In this document: in pieces, positions 1 to 11,612 of the stretch
Layout of the letters: each line of letters begins with the position of its first letter
Position numbering within the stretch: the first letter of the stretch is position 1
Assembly (NCBI GenBank): GCA_035084275.1
Contig: CM068750.1
Span: 11,532,001 to 11,596,000 of the forward strand
DNA length: 64,000 nucleotides
Direction of reading: 5' to 3'
DNA from: Hydrolagus colliei
Taxonomy: Eukaryota
Program-made: the position numbers and the translations under genes
The notes under the pieces: generated by a model
What the model saw: only the letters and a program-made list of their open reading frames with translations
Database searches by the model: none
Told to the model about the DNA's origin: nothing

Positions 1-64
1 CTACATATGTAACACTATACAGTATTTGGCTGCTGTTTACCAGAATAATCTAGTCTTCTGTATA

Positions 65-950
65 CAGGTAGACACCGCTTACCGAACGCCCGGTTAACGA
101 AACTTCACTATAACGAGGGTTTCTATTTGTACCACTTCTCCGCTTAACAAAGACTACATTCGCTATAACGAATGTTTACACACACTTTAAATTTTGTGGG
201 CTTCTCGTGCGCAGCTTCTCTCTGGTTGCCCCAGCAACGCACACTCAGTCTTTAGCGTGCCTCAGTTAAGCAGTGCAGTGCAGCCCCTCCCATATGGGAG
301 GGGCTGCACTGCATTGAAGCCACGAAGCACCAGGATGCTTCGTGGCTTCAATCATAGTAAGTCAAGGTGTGGGTGGGAGGGATAGAGAAATAGAGGAGGG
401 GGGTATAGAGAGATGGGGGAGGGGATAGAGGGGAAGGGGGATACAGGGGAGGGAGGATAGAGAGGAGGGGGGGATAGAGAGATAGAGAGGAGGGCGGGAT
501 AGAGAGGGAGGAGAGAGGGGGAATAGGAGGGGAGGGGGGCATAGAGAGATAGAGATGGAGTGGGGGATAGAGAGATAGAGAGGGGGGGTAGAGAGAAAGA
601 GAGGAATGAGGGGAGAGAAAGAAAGAAGCACACCCCAGGTTGCGATATTTCAGTGTAGTGACTGTGAAGACCTGGCCTGGAGCAGGTAGGATTGGCGTTT
701 TTATTCTTGCAATTTTTGTCACATTCTGGATTCTGCAATTCCGGACTTTTGGCTGCTCAACCTGTACACCGAGAATGTTAGTGATAGGAACCGCTAGGAA
801 CTAAACTGATGTTAGCGGGGAGGCTCGGGTCGGGGCGGTGTTTTGGCTGAGTCCAAATACAGATATTCAGTTAAACTCTCCCATAACGAAATTTTCGCTT
901 AACGAAGGATTTTAAAGTCCCTAACCCCTTCGTTAAGTGGGGTCTACCTG
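65..950. mobile_element. Non-autonomous Tc1/mariner-superfamily (Tigger/pogo-like) DNA transposon / MITE
   Basis: Left end CAGGTAGACACCGCTTACCGAA (65-86) matches the reverse complement of the right end (929-950), CAGGTAGACCCCACTTAACGAA, at 19/22. TA dinucleotides flank both ends (63-64, 951-952). TAACGA(A) motifs recur near both termini. No transposase ORF. Confidence 0.85.
371..628 (+). repeat. Low-complexity polypurine (G/A) tract with many G-runs
   Basis: About 258 bp of almost pure G/A built from GGGGGATAGAGA-like units. It accounts for the Pro/Ser/Leu-rich minus-strand ORFs at 348-738. Confidence 0.95.
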
Positions 951-1649
951 TATTTCTTTATTAAAGCAACACTTAATTCAGCCACTGCAAATTTATACAT
1001 CCTATTTTTTAAAATCCTTTGTTCTTAAGCACTTTATCATCAGTCTTATTTTTCACACAAATCGATTATTCTGCTTGTTTTGTGTTTACGGTTACACTTT
1101 TAATTTGACAACAAAATCAACAGCAAGGACATAGAAAACTGATGATGAGAAAAAATTTAATAACCTGTGCATAGTAGCAAATGAGCCACAAAAAGCGTGA
1201 TATCACCAGATATCTAGCATAGAATTCATCTATCCAGCCTGAGCTAATGGAGTTGGGCCAGACTGTTTCGCTCATTTAACACATTGCCATCTAGAGCAGC
1301 CATAAACAGCACACATCAGAGCAGCATATTTCCTTAGTGCAGTAGAGCACACTGTACAATATAATTTCAATGCTGTTTTGATGTGTAATCATTTTATTGA
1401 TGTGTACTCTAGATAACAATGCATTAAGTTTTGTAGTTACACAAACAGGAAGAAAACGACAGTGCAGTGTTTGCTGGTGTGCCCCAGTGATTTTAGTACG
1501 TACTGTTTGTTATTTTGTGAGTGGCATCATTCTGGAGGTGCCGAGAAGATTTAAATAGAATAGAAGGGATATGTTAAAGTGTACAATGAAAAGCTAACTG
1601 TAGGTTATGGATAATTCCCTGCTATATTTGTGATATCAAGGACTAGAGA

Positions 1650-1990
1650 AACTTTATCCTATTTTTATTGCAACTGAGAAATTTGGTGACCCAATAGCAG
1701 AAATTATGAGGAGGTTTGATAGAATGGATAGGGAAAAAATATTTTTGTTGGTCAGTGAGTCAGTGACTTGAGGGCAGTAATTTAAGATGGTTAGCAAGTG
1801 AACAAATTGTTTTAGACAAGCATAAGTAGAATGACTTGTTGGGTGTGGTGGTACATATTTACTTTAAAGCAAAAGTGGGATAGATAATTAAAAATGAATC
1901 ATTTCTGTGGCAGTAGGGAACAAGTAAATGGGATTGAACAGACTGCAACTTCAAAGAGCCTGCATATACCCATATGGCTATAGATTTCTG
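1650..1990 (+). mobile_element. Decayed CR1-type LINE 3' fragment
   Basis: ...ATTATGAGGAGGTTTGATAGAATGGATAGGGAAAAAATATTTTTGTTGGTCAGTGAGTCAGTGACTTGAGGGCAG... resembles the end of CR1 ORF2 and its 3' UTR. Boundaries approximate. Confidence 0.55.
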
Positions 1991-2031
1991 TGTTTTCTCT
2001 TACGAGCTATCAGCTGAAACTAACTTTGGTT

Positions 2032-2088
2032 AACAACAACAACAACAAAATTACATTTGTATAGCTCCTTTCACTTCAGGAAACACTT
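2032..2088 (-). mobile_element. L2 LINE 3' tail
   Basis: (AAC)n followed by ATTACATTTGTATAGCTCCTTTCAC, the same tail seen at 27127, 41885, 51785 and elsewhere. Confidence 0.65.
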
Positions 2089-3175
2089 TGATTTTCCTGC
2101 CCTTTCCAGGCTTCTGTATCATTCAGCAAGTTTCCAGGTAGAGTTGAAGAAAGCCCTGCACGAGCATTTCCGTCGGATTTAAGGAGATTGATTGATTTTT
2201 CAAAGGGATGTTTTACAGTCCCCTCCTCAGCCCTAATGTATCCAAATTAATTGACTGCTCATGTCAATGTTGCTTGTGGGTCATTGTTGGTGCAAATCAG
2301 CTATAAAACAAAATTCACTCAATTTCTTATCAATTATATATTGTAATGCACTTCAAATCATTTATTTTTATGTGCAAGGGATTATACAGTACAAGTTGAA
2401 ATAAGCAGCAAGCTTAATAGCACTCTGTTAGTGCTATTCCTCAATGCAAACATCCTGAATTATCCTTAAACACACAATACTCCATATTCTGGGTTTTACC
2501 AGTAACATTGCTGCACAAAAATGGAATACGCTGTTTAGACAAATGCATATTCTGTATGTACTTTAATTCTGTAAATACCTAAATATTAATCCCCTTGGAT
2601 GGAGTACACTAAATATTAAATTACATTAAATGTGTATTGGTGAAGCAAAAAGTTTGATTTTTTTCATATACAAATCCTTTTTTTACATGCCTTCCCCTGC
2701 TGAATAAACAGAGAAGAGGCATTGATTGTTTTTGTGGATCTGTTTGAGCAGTTGCATGCTGAGATAGCTTTTCTACAGACACAGGTTAATAAAGGCCACT
2801 TACCTTGATGTTCTTTCTAAGATGCTATGAAACAGCCATTGCATGGCTCGTAAAAAAAAAAAAACCTGCAAACAACACAATCAATACTTTCAGAAATTCA
2901 TTTCCCAGCATATTGTCATGTAATCAATAGCAGAACAGTGGGCCATGTTGTAGGGCCGATTTTGTTAAAGGAAAATCTACATGACTTAGGGAGAAAATCA
3001 CATTTGTGTCTCCACAGTTGGAGTCTTTTATTATTGTTTTTCATTTGCAGAACAGTAGAAATATGAGCACAGAATACAAATGTCTCCCTGAGTCAAGAAT
3101 GATTTGGAAATGGGTTGCTAACTTTGGTTTCAGAACAACTTATTAAATATTGTGACTTTGCTACAGCTGATATGT

Positions 3176-3220
3176 ACAACAACAACGCCTTTCACATCAG
3201 GAGGACATCCACAAAGTGAA
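3176..3220 (-). mobile_element. L2 LINE 3' tail
   Basis: ACAACAACAACGCCTTTCACATCAGGAGGACATCC matches the other L2 tails in the window. Confidence 0.6.
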
Positions 3221-3960
3221 GGGAACCCGAGGAATTAAATAATGTTCTGCATCTGAGAATTCTGACATTAACTTAATGTCTGAGGATATATTTAACCTGT
3301 AGCCATGATGAAGTGAAGTACATATACCAACAAATATATAGGTAGTCTCATTTTAGCTCTTTTGTCTAGCAGTTTTGTTCTGTTAGTCAATGAAACACAA
3401 TTCCACAGAAAGTTTTAAAAAATTGTAAGCAATAATGATTCTGATGTTAAAGTAATTAAATTGCTTTTATTCAATCCATATTAAAACAAACACACAAAAG
3501 ATATTGGCTTGTAGCTATTGTGATAATATAACTCAGTAAGGTATGGTTACGCTCTCCCCAAATGCAATTTGGATGTGAATAAAGCTCGACGATCTCTCTC
3601 TTGATAGCTATTGCTTTTTGATAATAATGCATTAAGCATATGTCTAAGCAGCTTCCAGAATTGATCTACCTGGTGCTGTTAAGGTTTTATGGGATATGCA
3701 GGTGGAATTTTGGTGCCAGGCTAATATGAGCGTGATCTGTATTCTGCTTTAGATGTTTGTAATTGGAAAGTGACAAATAGATTTTTCAGTTAGCAATTGC
3801 CTTCGATTTTAATTTGCATCAAATAAGTAAGTGCTGCTGAAGTAATTTGGAATATCTGAACAGTTGTGTGTAGTTGCATTTAAATAGTTCAACTAATGTT
3901 TTGTTGCTGGAATCAAGTGCAGGTTTAATAATGGTTAACTGGTTGTTTCAAGTATAGAAC

Positions 3961-4160
3961 AAAAACAGAAATTACTGGGAACACTCAAGAGGTCAGGTAG
4001 TATCTATGGGGAAAGGAAAAGTGAGTCAACGTTTCAGGTCCATAACCCTTTGTCAGAACTGAAGGGTCGTGGACCCGAAATCTTGACTCAATTTCCTTTC
4101 TCTGTAGATGCTGCCTAACCTACTGAGTGTTTCCAACATCTGCAGTATTTTGCATTTTTG
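3961..4160. mobile_element. Penelope-like (PLE) derived foldback element with degenerate hammerhead-like cores
   Basis: Arms 3978-4050 and 4062-4134 are reverse complements (roughly 80% by eye) around an 11-nt spacer. Each arm has a CTGA..GGGTY-loop-GACCY-GAAA motif. Confidence 0.65.
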
Positions 4161-5450
4161 TTTCGAGTACAGTATAGGTTTGATGCATCAGGTCAGATCA
4201 ATTACCTTATGTTACCTTTTGTATCTGATACGCAAGGTGCAATATCACTATAAAAGGCTGTGAATAAATTGTGTCGGAGCACAGTATGTAGAGGCATCTC
4301 TCTTCCATGTGCCTTCTCGCTCTGTCTTTTCTTACCATAGTTTTTCCAAAATATCAGGGTGCCACTCTCTGCCCATTTCCTGTACCTGTCCCACTCTGTA
4401 TTGTATTTATGTCTGTGTATTGTTCACCTATTTGTGTTCCATTGTGCTTGTGTCTGCATCCCTTTTGGCATTGTGCCTTTCTCTATTATTTTCTCTATTT
4501 GTGCTGGACCTTTACCTTGAGCTGTATTGGTGTACATTGGTATATATTATTTATGTTTGTCTGCCCATGCTGACCTGTATCTGCATTTCTTTTTATCTGT
4601 ATTTTATTTTTAGCTGCACTTCTCAGTCTATAGCTTCTAAGGGTGGAATGAGCATATTAGCCACTCCAGCTCAGATACTGCCACAACTTTGATGAGCAGA
4701 ATTAAATTCCCTCCAAAAGTTACAGGAGTTGCTCCCCACCCCCCACTTGCAAGATGGCAAGAGCAACACATCTTTATAGTGCCTGTGTGAAATGTCGTGT
4801 CATAACAAAACATTTATCAGTTTAATCTTTTCAGTGCTTTACACTTTCAACAAGGATTTGAAACAAGCTGTGTTTTGGACAGACAAACACATTACGATTT
4901 TACCTTTTTTGGTTTAAACAATAACATTCCAGCACTAAATGACATTACCTGTGCAAAAAGGACACGACAAGATGCAGCTCAACATAAATATGAATAAAAT
5001 TATGGAATAGTGGTTAGTAATTAAAAGAGAATAGTGCAAAAAGCAGAAGCAATATTAATGTCCTGCATTTACTCCCTCCTGTGTCCCACAGATTTTCTAT
5101 TCAATAAACAGCTACTGTTGCAGAATAATGATCAGTTGAAGGACTCTTGTTTGGAGCGCAGGAAACAATCATTCTATGCAAGTAAAAGTGCTCTATTGAC
5201 GCAGGTAGCAGGATCCACATGAAGAAGTACCATTCATTGCCAAGTAATCGGTCTTTTTAAGATTGATCAGGAGCCATGTTTCAGCATAATCCTCACTACA
5301 TTTTCTGTGAACAGATTAACCTGAATGTAGTTTCTTTTGATCGATATTACTAGCACCATGTGACACAACTAAAACATGCTATGCTATAAGCACTTTTTTC
5401 TCGATATTGAGATTATTCTTATAACATGAATTATAGCCAAATTAAAATAT

Positions 5451-5761
5451 GTCAGCCTGGCACAGTGGTGGCACTCTCACTTCTGAATCAGAAGTTTGTA
5501 TGTTCAAGCCTTACGTCAGGATTTGGAATTATATTGTCTAAGATGACACTCTAGTGAAGCGATGGGGGCGTGTTGGACTGTATGAGGTGCTGTCCTTTTT
5601 ATTAAACATTTAACTGAGATCCTATATGCCGTTTAGGTGGACATTAAAGATTCACTCGGTGGCTGTTTCCGGGACATGGTTTTGCCCACAAAATAGAGTC
5701 AATCCACTTTACAGTAAATCCTGTGAAGTGCTTTGTAACATCAAATAAAAGGATGATTATT
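5451..5761 (+). mobile_element. Deu-domain tRNA-headed SINE (SacSINE1/AmnSINE-like)
   Basis: A-box/B-box-like head (GGCACAGTGGTGGCACTCTCACTTCTGAATCAGAAG...GTTCAAG) and a Deu-like core (GAGGTGCTGTCCTTTT..TTAACTGAGATCC..AGGTGGACATTAAAGAT). 3' tail shared with the other SINEs; homologous to 54721-55110. Confidence 0.75.
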
Positions 5762-7871
5762 AAATACTACTTGCCCCAACTGATAGAAAATATTGGTTGA
5801 AATAAAAAACCCATCAAGAAAAGAGTAATAATTTCAATATTTTAGTTTAATTGAAAAAGAAAGAGTTGATAGTAAAAATGGTATGGTTTATAAAATTCAG
5901 CCAGTAAGCATGGGTGAAATAATCACTCAAGCTTGTATGGAGGAGTTGCTAAGGAAGCTGAATTCACATCAGCAGAAATGCAGTGATTAAGCCAGCATGC
6001 TTCAATGATCATGTTTCATCTATGTATTCAGCTGCCTTGCAATCGTTCCCCAATAACTTTTCCTCCCCCTCCCCATAATGTGATCACCACTCACCGCGTC
6101 TAAAAATCAGAACTCGACACAAGTAAGGATGCTAAATTCAATCACGAGTCAATGGAATTGTTCTATTTTTAAGTTGGTTATTAATGGCGAGACTCCCACT
6201 TTAAAACAGTCCAATTGTTGCTTTATGAACTTAACCATATCTGAGAAGCAGAGGATTCCTTTCCAGAACAAAGTGCAAAGGGTTGACTTAAAGCAGACGT
6301 GTTGTTGTCCAGTCTTGAATATTTACATTTCCAAAAGTGAAACCCTTTCTGTCATAGAGTATCTTGGTTAACTACAATGCAATGAGAAAAGAGTGCAGTA
6401 TTATTGGCAGATGATGGTCTTAAAACTATTAAACTGTGACGATTCATGTTCTCTTCATTGAGTTTCAGGTAATGGTCATGCATTGGGATCAGCAAAATGT
6501 GTAAAAGTCCTGTCTCAGTTGTTCAGTTAAAGGTTCTATAATATTCCAAAGTAATGACAGTGAAATTGTGCTGAAGAGGCAATGAGTGTTGAATAGGTGG
6601 AACCTGAATTCAGCTGAAATAACAACGGCCAAGATTTGATTTCAAATTGAGCTTCGGTGAAGCAGCTTAAGGATCAACTTTGAGTGATGCTCAGGGTTAG
6701 CAATACAATGAGAGCTGCTATTGCTGCTAAATCCTCGCTTTTCTTGAGCCCACAGCAAAGAATGTCTGAATGACTTCCTCTTTGATAGTTTTTGGCTAAT
6801 GGGTTCCAAAAAGAACGTGTTGTTGTTGGTGCGTGAAGGAAATGTCAGGTGTGCCTAGTATTGCTATTGATCAGTACCTAAGCTGATGTGAAAGAATCAA
6901 TATACCCAAGTGAAGAGAATGTTCCAGTCCCCAGTGCCGTCTTTCCTTGCCAATGAGATTCTCCCCAAACCCTGAATATAAACCTATATTGGAACATTTC
7001 TTGGTATCTTTCCACAATGTTGCATTTGGGGGTTAAATTGTAAACTCTAGTAAGTGCAAAATCAGCACCATTAGCTTACTCTTAATGTAAGTAAAATGAC
7101 ACGACTGTCAGCTGTAATTTCCCTCTGCTCAGAAAGTCAATGCTCATTGTAATCGTTTTTTTAAAAAAAGCAGTCAATTAGATTTTATGTTACTCTTTTA
7201 ACTCGAATAAAACTGAGCAGAGACCAATACAAAGCAAAAAACACTAAAAAAAAATAGAATATTCAATTTCCATTTATAAACATAAACATAGCCTGGTCAT
7301 CAGAACATCCCTTGGTTTCATATTGAACAAAAAATAGTATTCAATGATTTTTTTGGTTATTAGTTTTGTATATTTGCTACAAAGATCACAGATTCAATTC
7401 ATATTCTGTACTGTTAGCTGACATTGGCTTCAGCAGTGATGTGAAAATACAATTGACCTCATTGTCCTTGAACTAGTGTGAAAAAAAAGTGAGTCGGGAA
7501 CCTTACACCTGTGATCGAAGGTGTGGATGGATGAATAGGATTGGGCTTCAGTTTGATGCTGTCCTTTCTCAAGGGGTTTTGTCTCTGCTCCCGGATGTTT
7601 CAGAATTTAAATCTGCCTCCCAATTAGAGTTTGTGCTACATAATTGTTCCTATCAAAAAGTACATATGGATTGAATTCAGGTGAAGCCAGATTTGATCCT
7701 GGTTGTGATGTATAGCCATGGTTGCTGGCCCATGGTAATTAATGAGGCATGATCATTTGACGTGAGGAAATCAACAAACTGCATTGCATACAGGAAAAGG
7801 AAGGAAATTGGAGCGGGTACATCACATTTTTTCTAAATCCCCAAAGAAAATAGTCTGCTTTACCAACTCAC

Positions 7872-7926
7872 CAACCTTGGGACGTCCTCCTGATATGAGA
7901 GGTGCTACTTAAATGCAATTTGTTGC
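7872..7926 (+). mobile_element. L2 LINE 3' tail
   Basis: CCTTGGGACGTCCTCCTGATATGAGAGGTGCTACTTAAATGCAATTTGTTG. Confidence 0.6.
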
Positions 7927-8876
7927 TAGAGCCCACTGGTAAGTCTGTAAATGATACTGATAATAAGCTTCTAAATTGACTGATTCAGTTGATCAAGTAA
8001 CTGATTAGAATCTACAGTGGGGAGAGATGAAGTAGCTGTATATGTGCACAATGTATTTGGGCTTTAAATCTCCATAAACCTTCATACTTAACCAAATAAT
8101 ACCATTGTTTTTCCAAAGAACTTAATAAATGTTGGTTTAGAATTGAAAGATGCACTCTTGTGCGAAGTATTGAGGAACACAGCTCCTGTCTTGTAAGGAG
8201 CAGAAGAAAAGAATTGATCTATGTATCCGAGTGTTTCATTTTTCTTTACTTCAACCTAATACAAAATGACATAAGCTCATTCTTAAAGAGAATAAATTAA
8301 CTAAAAAATCTGAAAGAAAGGGACAATGGGGTTCAATACTACAACACTCGGTTAATGGATTTTTGCAGCTGATTAGAAAAAAGAACTGGAAATAATAATT
8401 GAAAGGTATGTTAACAGTTACAATCATTCACTTAGGTTGAAGCCATTCATTCACCTCCTAGGATCAGCAAGTAAATTTTCTCTGAATTGATGAATACTGC
8501 ACAAATTAATGAGAGGATTTTAGGATCAGCAAATAACTTGCACTCTTTTCCCTTGGTGATCATCTGATGAATGCCATTTTTGCTGTTTATCTCAATTTTC
8601 AAGTGTCAGCACTATGTGAGATGCCTCATTGCTGTGATGGATCAGTGATTTTATCTTTAGGAGGGAAGCTACTGATGACAGCTGTATTGGAGCAATCTGT
8701 AGCCTTTTGAAAATGTCTGCTCACACTTTGTGGGGGACACGGGGCATTTTAAATTATTTTACTTTGCATTTGAGTTTTGCTCAAATCTCTTTATTTTTAT
8801 GTGGACTATGACAGAGCTTTTCTGAATTCTGCAGATTAACATTCATTTAGTGTGAGGTTTCTTACATGTAATACTG

Positions 8877-9054
8877 ATAATAATCTTTGCATTTGATATC
8901 TTGCTTTATCATGTCTTTGAAATGTCTCAAAGTGCTTTACAGAATATACTGCAAAGTTAATTGACTATGTATTGTGTGGACGAAATGCGGCAGCCAACTG
9001 CGGAAAGCAGTGTCCCACAAACAGTCGGCAATTGATTGACCGCATTATTATTAT
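8877..9054 (-). mobile_element. SINE 3' half, (ATT)n-tailed family, antisense
   Basis: Reverse complement of the body and tail of 11331-11612 and 48702-48956 (TAATAATCTTTGCATTTGAT...GTCTCAAAGTGCTTTACAGAATATACTG...GCAGTGTCCCACAAACAGTC). Confidence 0.85.
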
Positions 9055-9353
9055 GAATTTAAAAACAACTATTTTTGACGTAACCTGCAAATTGTTAGCT
9101 TGTATTGATTAAGGTTAATGATGCTTGTATAATGGGCTAGCTGGTATACTAGCCCATAATAGTGGACTAGTATAATACCATATTGAAGATGAAACATGCT
9201 TTTGGTGCAGTTTCTGCAGTATTTCTGTAGATTTAAGGATCTACATACTTACAATGCTATCCCGTCAATTATACACTTATGTACAGTTATATTGTAGGTT
9301 TCCCCTATTGCAAGCTCACAATAGCAACCACAAAATTCGCCAGCACGTTGGAG

Positions 9354-9413
9354 GAACAACAACAACTTGCATTTATATAGTATCCTTCATGCCTGATGGT
9401 GTCCCAGAGCACT
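9354..9413 (-). mobile_element. L2 LINE 3' tail
   Basis: (AAC)n TTGCATTTATATAGTATCCTTCATGCCTGATGGTGTCCCAGAGCAC. Confidence 0.6.
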
Positions 9414-11330
9414 TAAATCTCAAGGCAAGCAGGAATAAAAAGACTCACTGGTTCAGGTTGTGAGTTTAACCGGTGTGCCTCTTCACCAGCCGCTATCTGA
9501 GACCTTGCCTAAGCTCATCGTGCATTTAACTACCGGTTGAGTCTCAATTCTGCCAGAACTGTGAGGCATTCTCATATTGCACAACCCGGCTGCAGAGGCA
9601 CGTTACAAAGAGAGGTACTGTGTTGGACGTATACTGCTTCTCATACTGAAGTTGATTTCTCAGCTTTACAAAGGAATTCACCTCCAAAGCAAAACATGAA
9701 AGAATATTTTAAACATTACCAGCATTGTTGCAATGCTTCCTTTCAGACTTTGTGGAGTGATTTTTATCAGAATATCATTATGCCCATTTAAAAAAAAATG
9801 TAACCTGTTTACACTTTGCTCACAGTGCTGAGGATTGCGATATTATTTTACAATATGACAACAGTACTTTATGCTTTGAGTGTCACATTGAATGCATCTC
9901 GTGGGTGGCGGGGGTGGGGCTGCGTTTCACAGCAAAGTTCTCTTTAGTTCAACTCTGACTTTGTTGCATAGACTCATTACTACTGCCTTGCCTCTGCAAT
10001 AAATTATTTTCCTCTCAAAATGCACAAAATGTGATTAAACGTATTGTATTAAATCATTTTGGAATGTACTAAAATAAATGTTCAGTATTTTCTCCCCAAA
10101 GAGCTCTAATGTTGTATGTTTCAATCATACATTGCACATTTAAGAATTGTCCAGTATTTTACCTAGATCTGCCTCTACACATCCATAGGTATCAAATCCT
10201 GTATCTCTTTCCCTGTTCGGGGTTGGCCCCATGAGAATCCCTATTGAGCTCTCCAGAAGTCCATCCATAGAACTAGATCCAGATGCTATTTAATGGTGAA
10301 AATTCCCAAAGTGTTATTGATCTCAGCATTGCTTCACTGCCTTGTGCTATGAAACTGTGACCTAAACAAGCATAAGTTAAATTGCATTTGTGATGTAAGC
10401 AAATGCTTAATAGCTGTCAAGTAACCGATACATACAAAATATGTTTCAACTGGTACAAGTTTTATCCATTGTCATACTTTCTATTTATCAAGTGAATTTG
10501 CAAACAGCAGTGAATAAATGTTAGAGAGACAATGCTCCCAGTATTCATTTATAAATTCCTTGGTTATCATAGTGCTGATGTCAATTGCCTTCTCATTGTT
10601 ATTGAGGTTGTATCAAAGAAATTAATACCATGAGGTTGTGCAATTTTGGGGATGAGGATTTCCCTAAAATATAAGAATAACCCCATTGGTAAAATGTTAC
10701 TGGAGTGGGGGGGTGGTGGGGGGGTGTCACTGTCAATCAATTCACGTTTTTCCTTCATCCCCAGATATTTGCTTTATTTCCTCTGTGGTTTGCTAAGTAT
10801 CTGGTTGCCAGAACTGCTGCTGGTTAATGAATCATTTGAACGAATTAGATTACAAAGGTCTGATGGAAATAACCTTGTTCTGATATAGCATTGGCTATTA
10901 TCCTCTGCTCTGAGCACATTCTCCATTATTTCATGTGCATTTATTTCATTTGACATCAACTGGGCCTACTTGGGGCTTTTGACAATATCATATCTTTGCT
11001 CTATTGGCACAGGTGTGGTTGAGCGCGGCACTTACTGTGCAAGAACTAGTTATCTTGTTTAATAAATTTGAAGACATTAAGCATGAAATATTACAACAGG
11101 ATGAAATATTAATATTAAATATTATAAAAAATAAGCATGAAATTTTGTAATAGAGCTGTTATGGGGTTGTTTTGATCTCCCCCTTTTCATTGTTAAAGGA
11201 GCAATATGATTTAAATTGGCTTCATTTTTCTACAAAACAGTGGATCTCCAGAACCTCATCCTAGTAAGCATTCCACAACAACTTGTATTTATGTATAACG
11301 CCCTTCACATAGAATAGCATTAAGTACCAG

Positions 11331-11612
11331 AGCTCAGTGGTTAGAGCTCTCTTCTTGTAAGCGAGAGCCCAGAGTTTGATTCCAGGTAAGGCGAAACCTT
11401 GGGTAAGCTATTTTACTCCACAGGCCTAATAATAATCTCTCAAAAAAATTGGTCATCAATGATTGTTTATGGGACCTGCTGTGTGCAATTGATTGCCACA
11501 TTTTGTCCACAAAATATACAGTAAATTCACTTTACAGTATATTCTGTGAAGCGCTTTGAGACGTCTAGAAGGATGTGAAAGCGCTTTATCAAATGCAAGG
11601 ATTATTATTATT
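11331..11612 (+). mobile_element. tRNA-derived SINE, (ATT)n tail
   Basis: AGCTCAGTGGTTAGAGC A-box and GTTTGATTCC B-box; body ...CTGCTGTGTGCAATTG..CACTTTACAGTATATTCTGTGAAGCGCTTTGAGACGTC..AAATGCAAGGATTATTATT. Several homologous copies in the window. An L2 tail abuts it at about 11275-11312. Confidence 0.9.

Noticed and set aside
348-738. Three Pro/Ser/Leu-rich minus-strand ORFs
   Set aside because: Translations of the low-complexity purine tract inside a MITE.
4307-4692. Hydrophobic Cys/Leu-rich ORFs
   Set aside because: T/C-rich low-complexity intronic sequence with no splice or homology support.
6445-6475. TTTCAG|GTAATG recursive splice site
   Set aside because: The pyrimidine tract is interrupted by an upstream AG, and such motifs are expected by chance in 64 kb.
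11331-11400. tRNA genes at 11331, 13428, 5451, 54721 and 59230-59300
   Set aside because: The A/B-box heads run into SINE bodies and do not form a complete cloverleaf.
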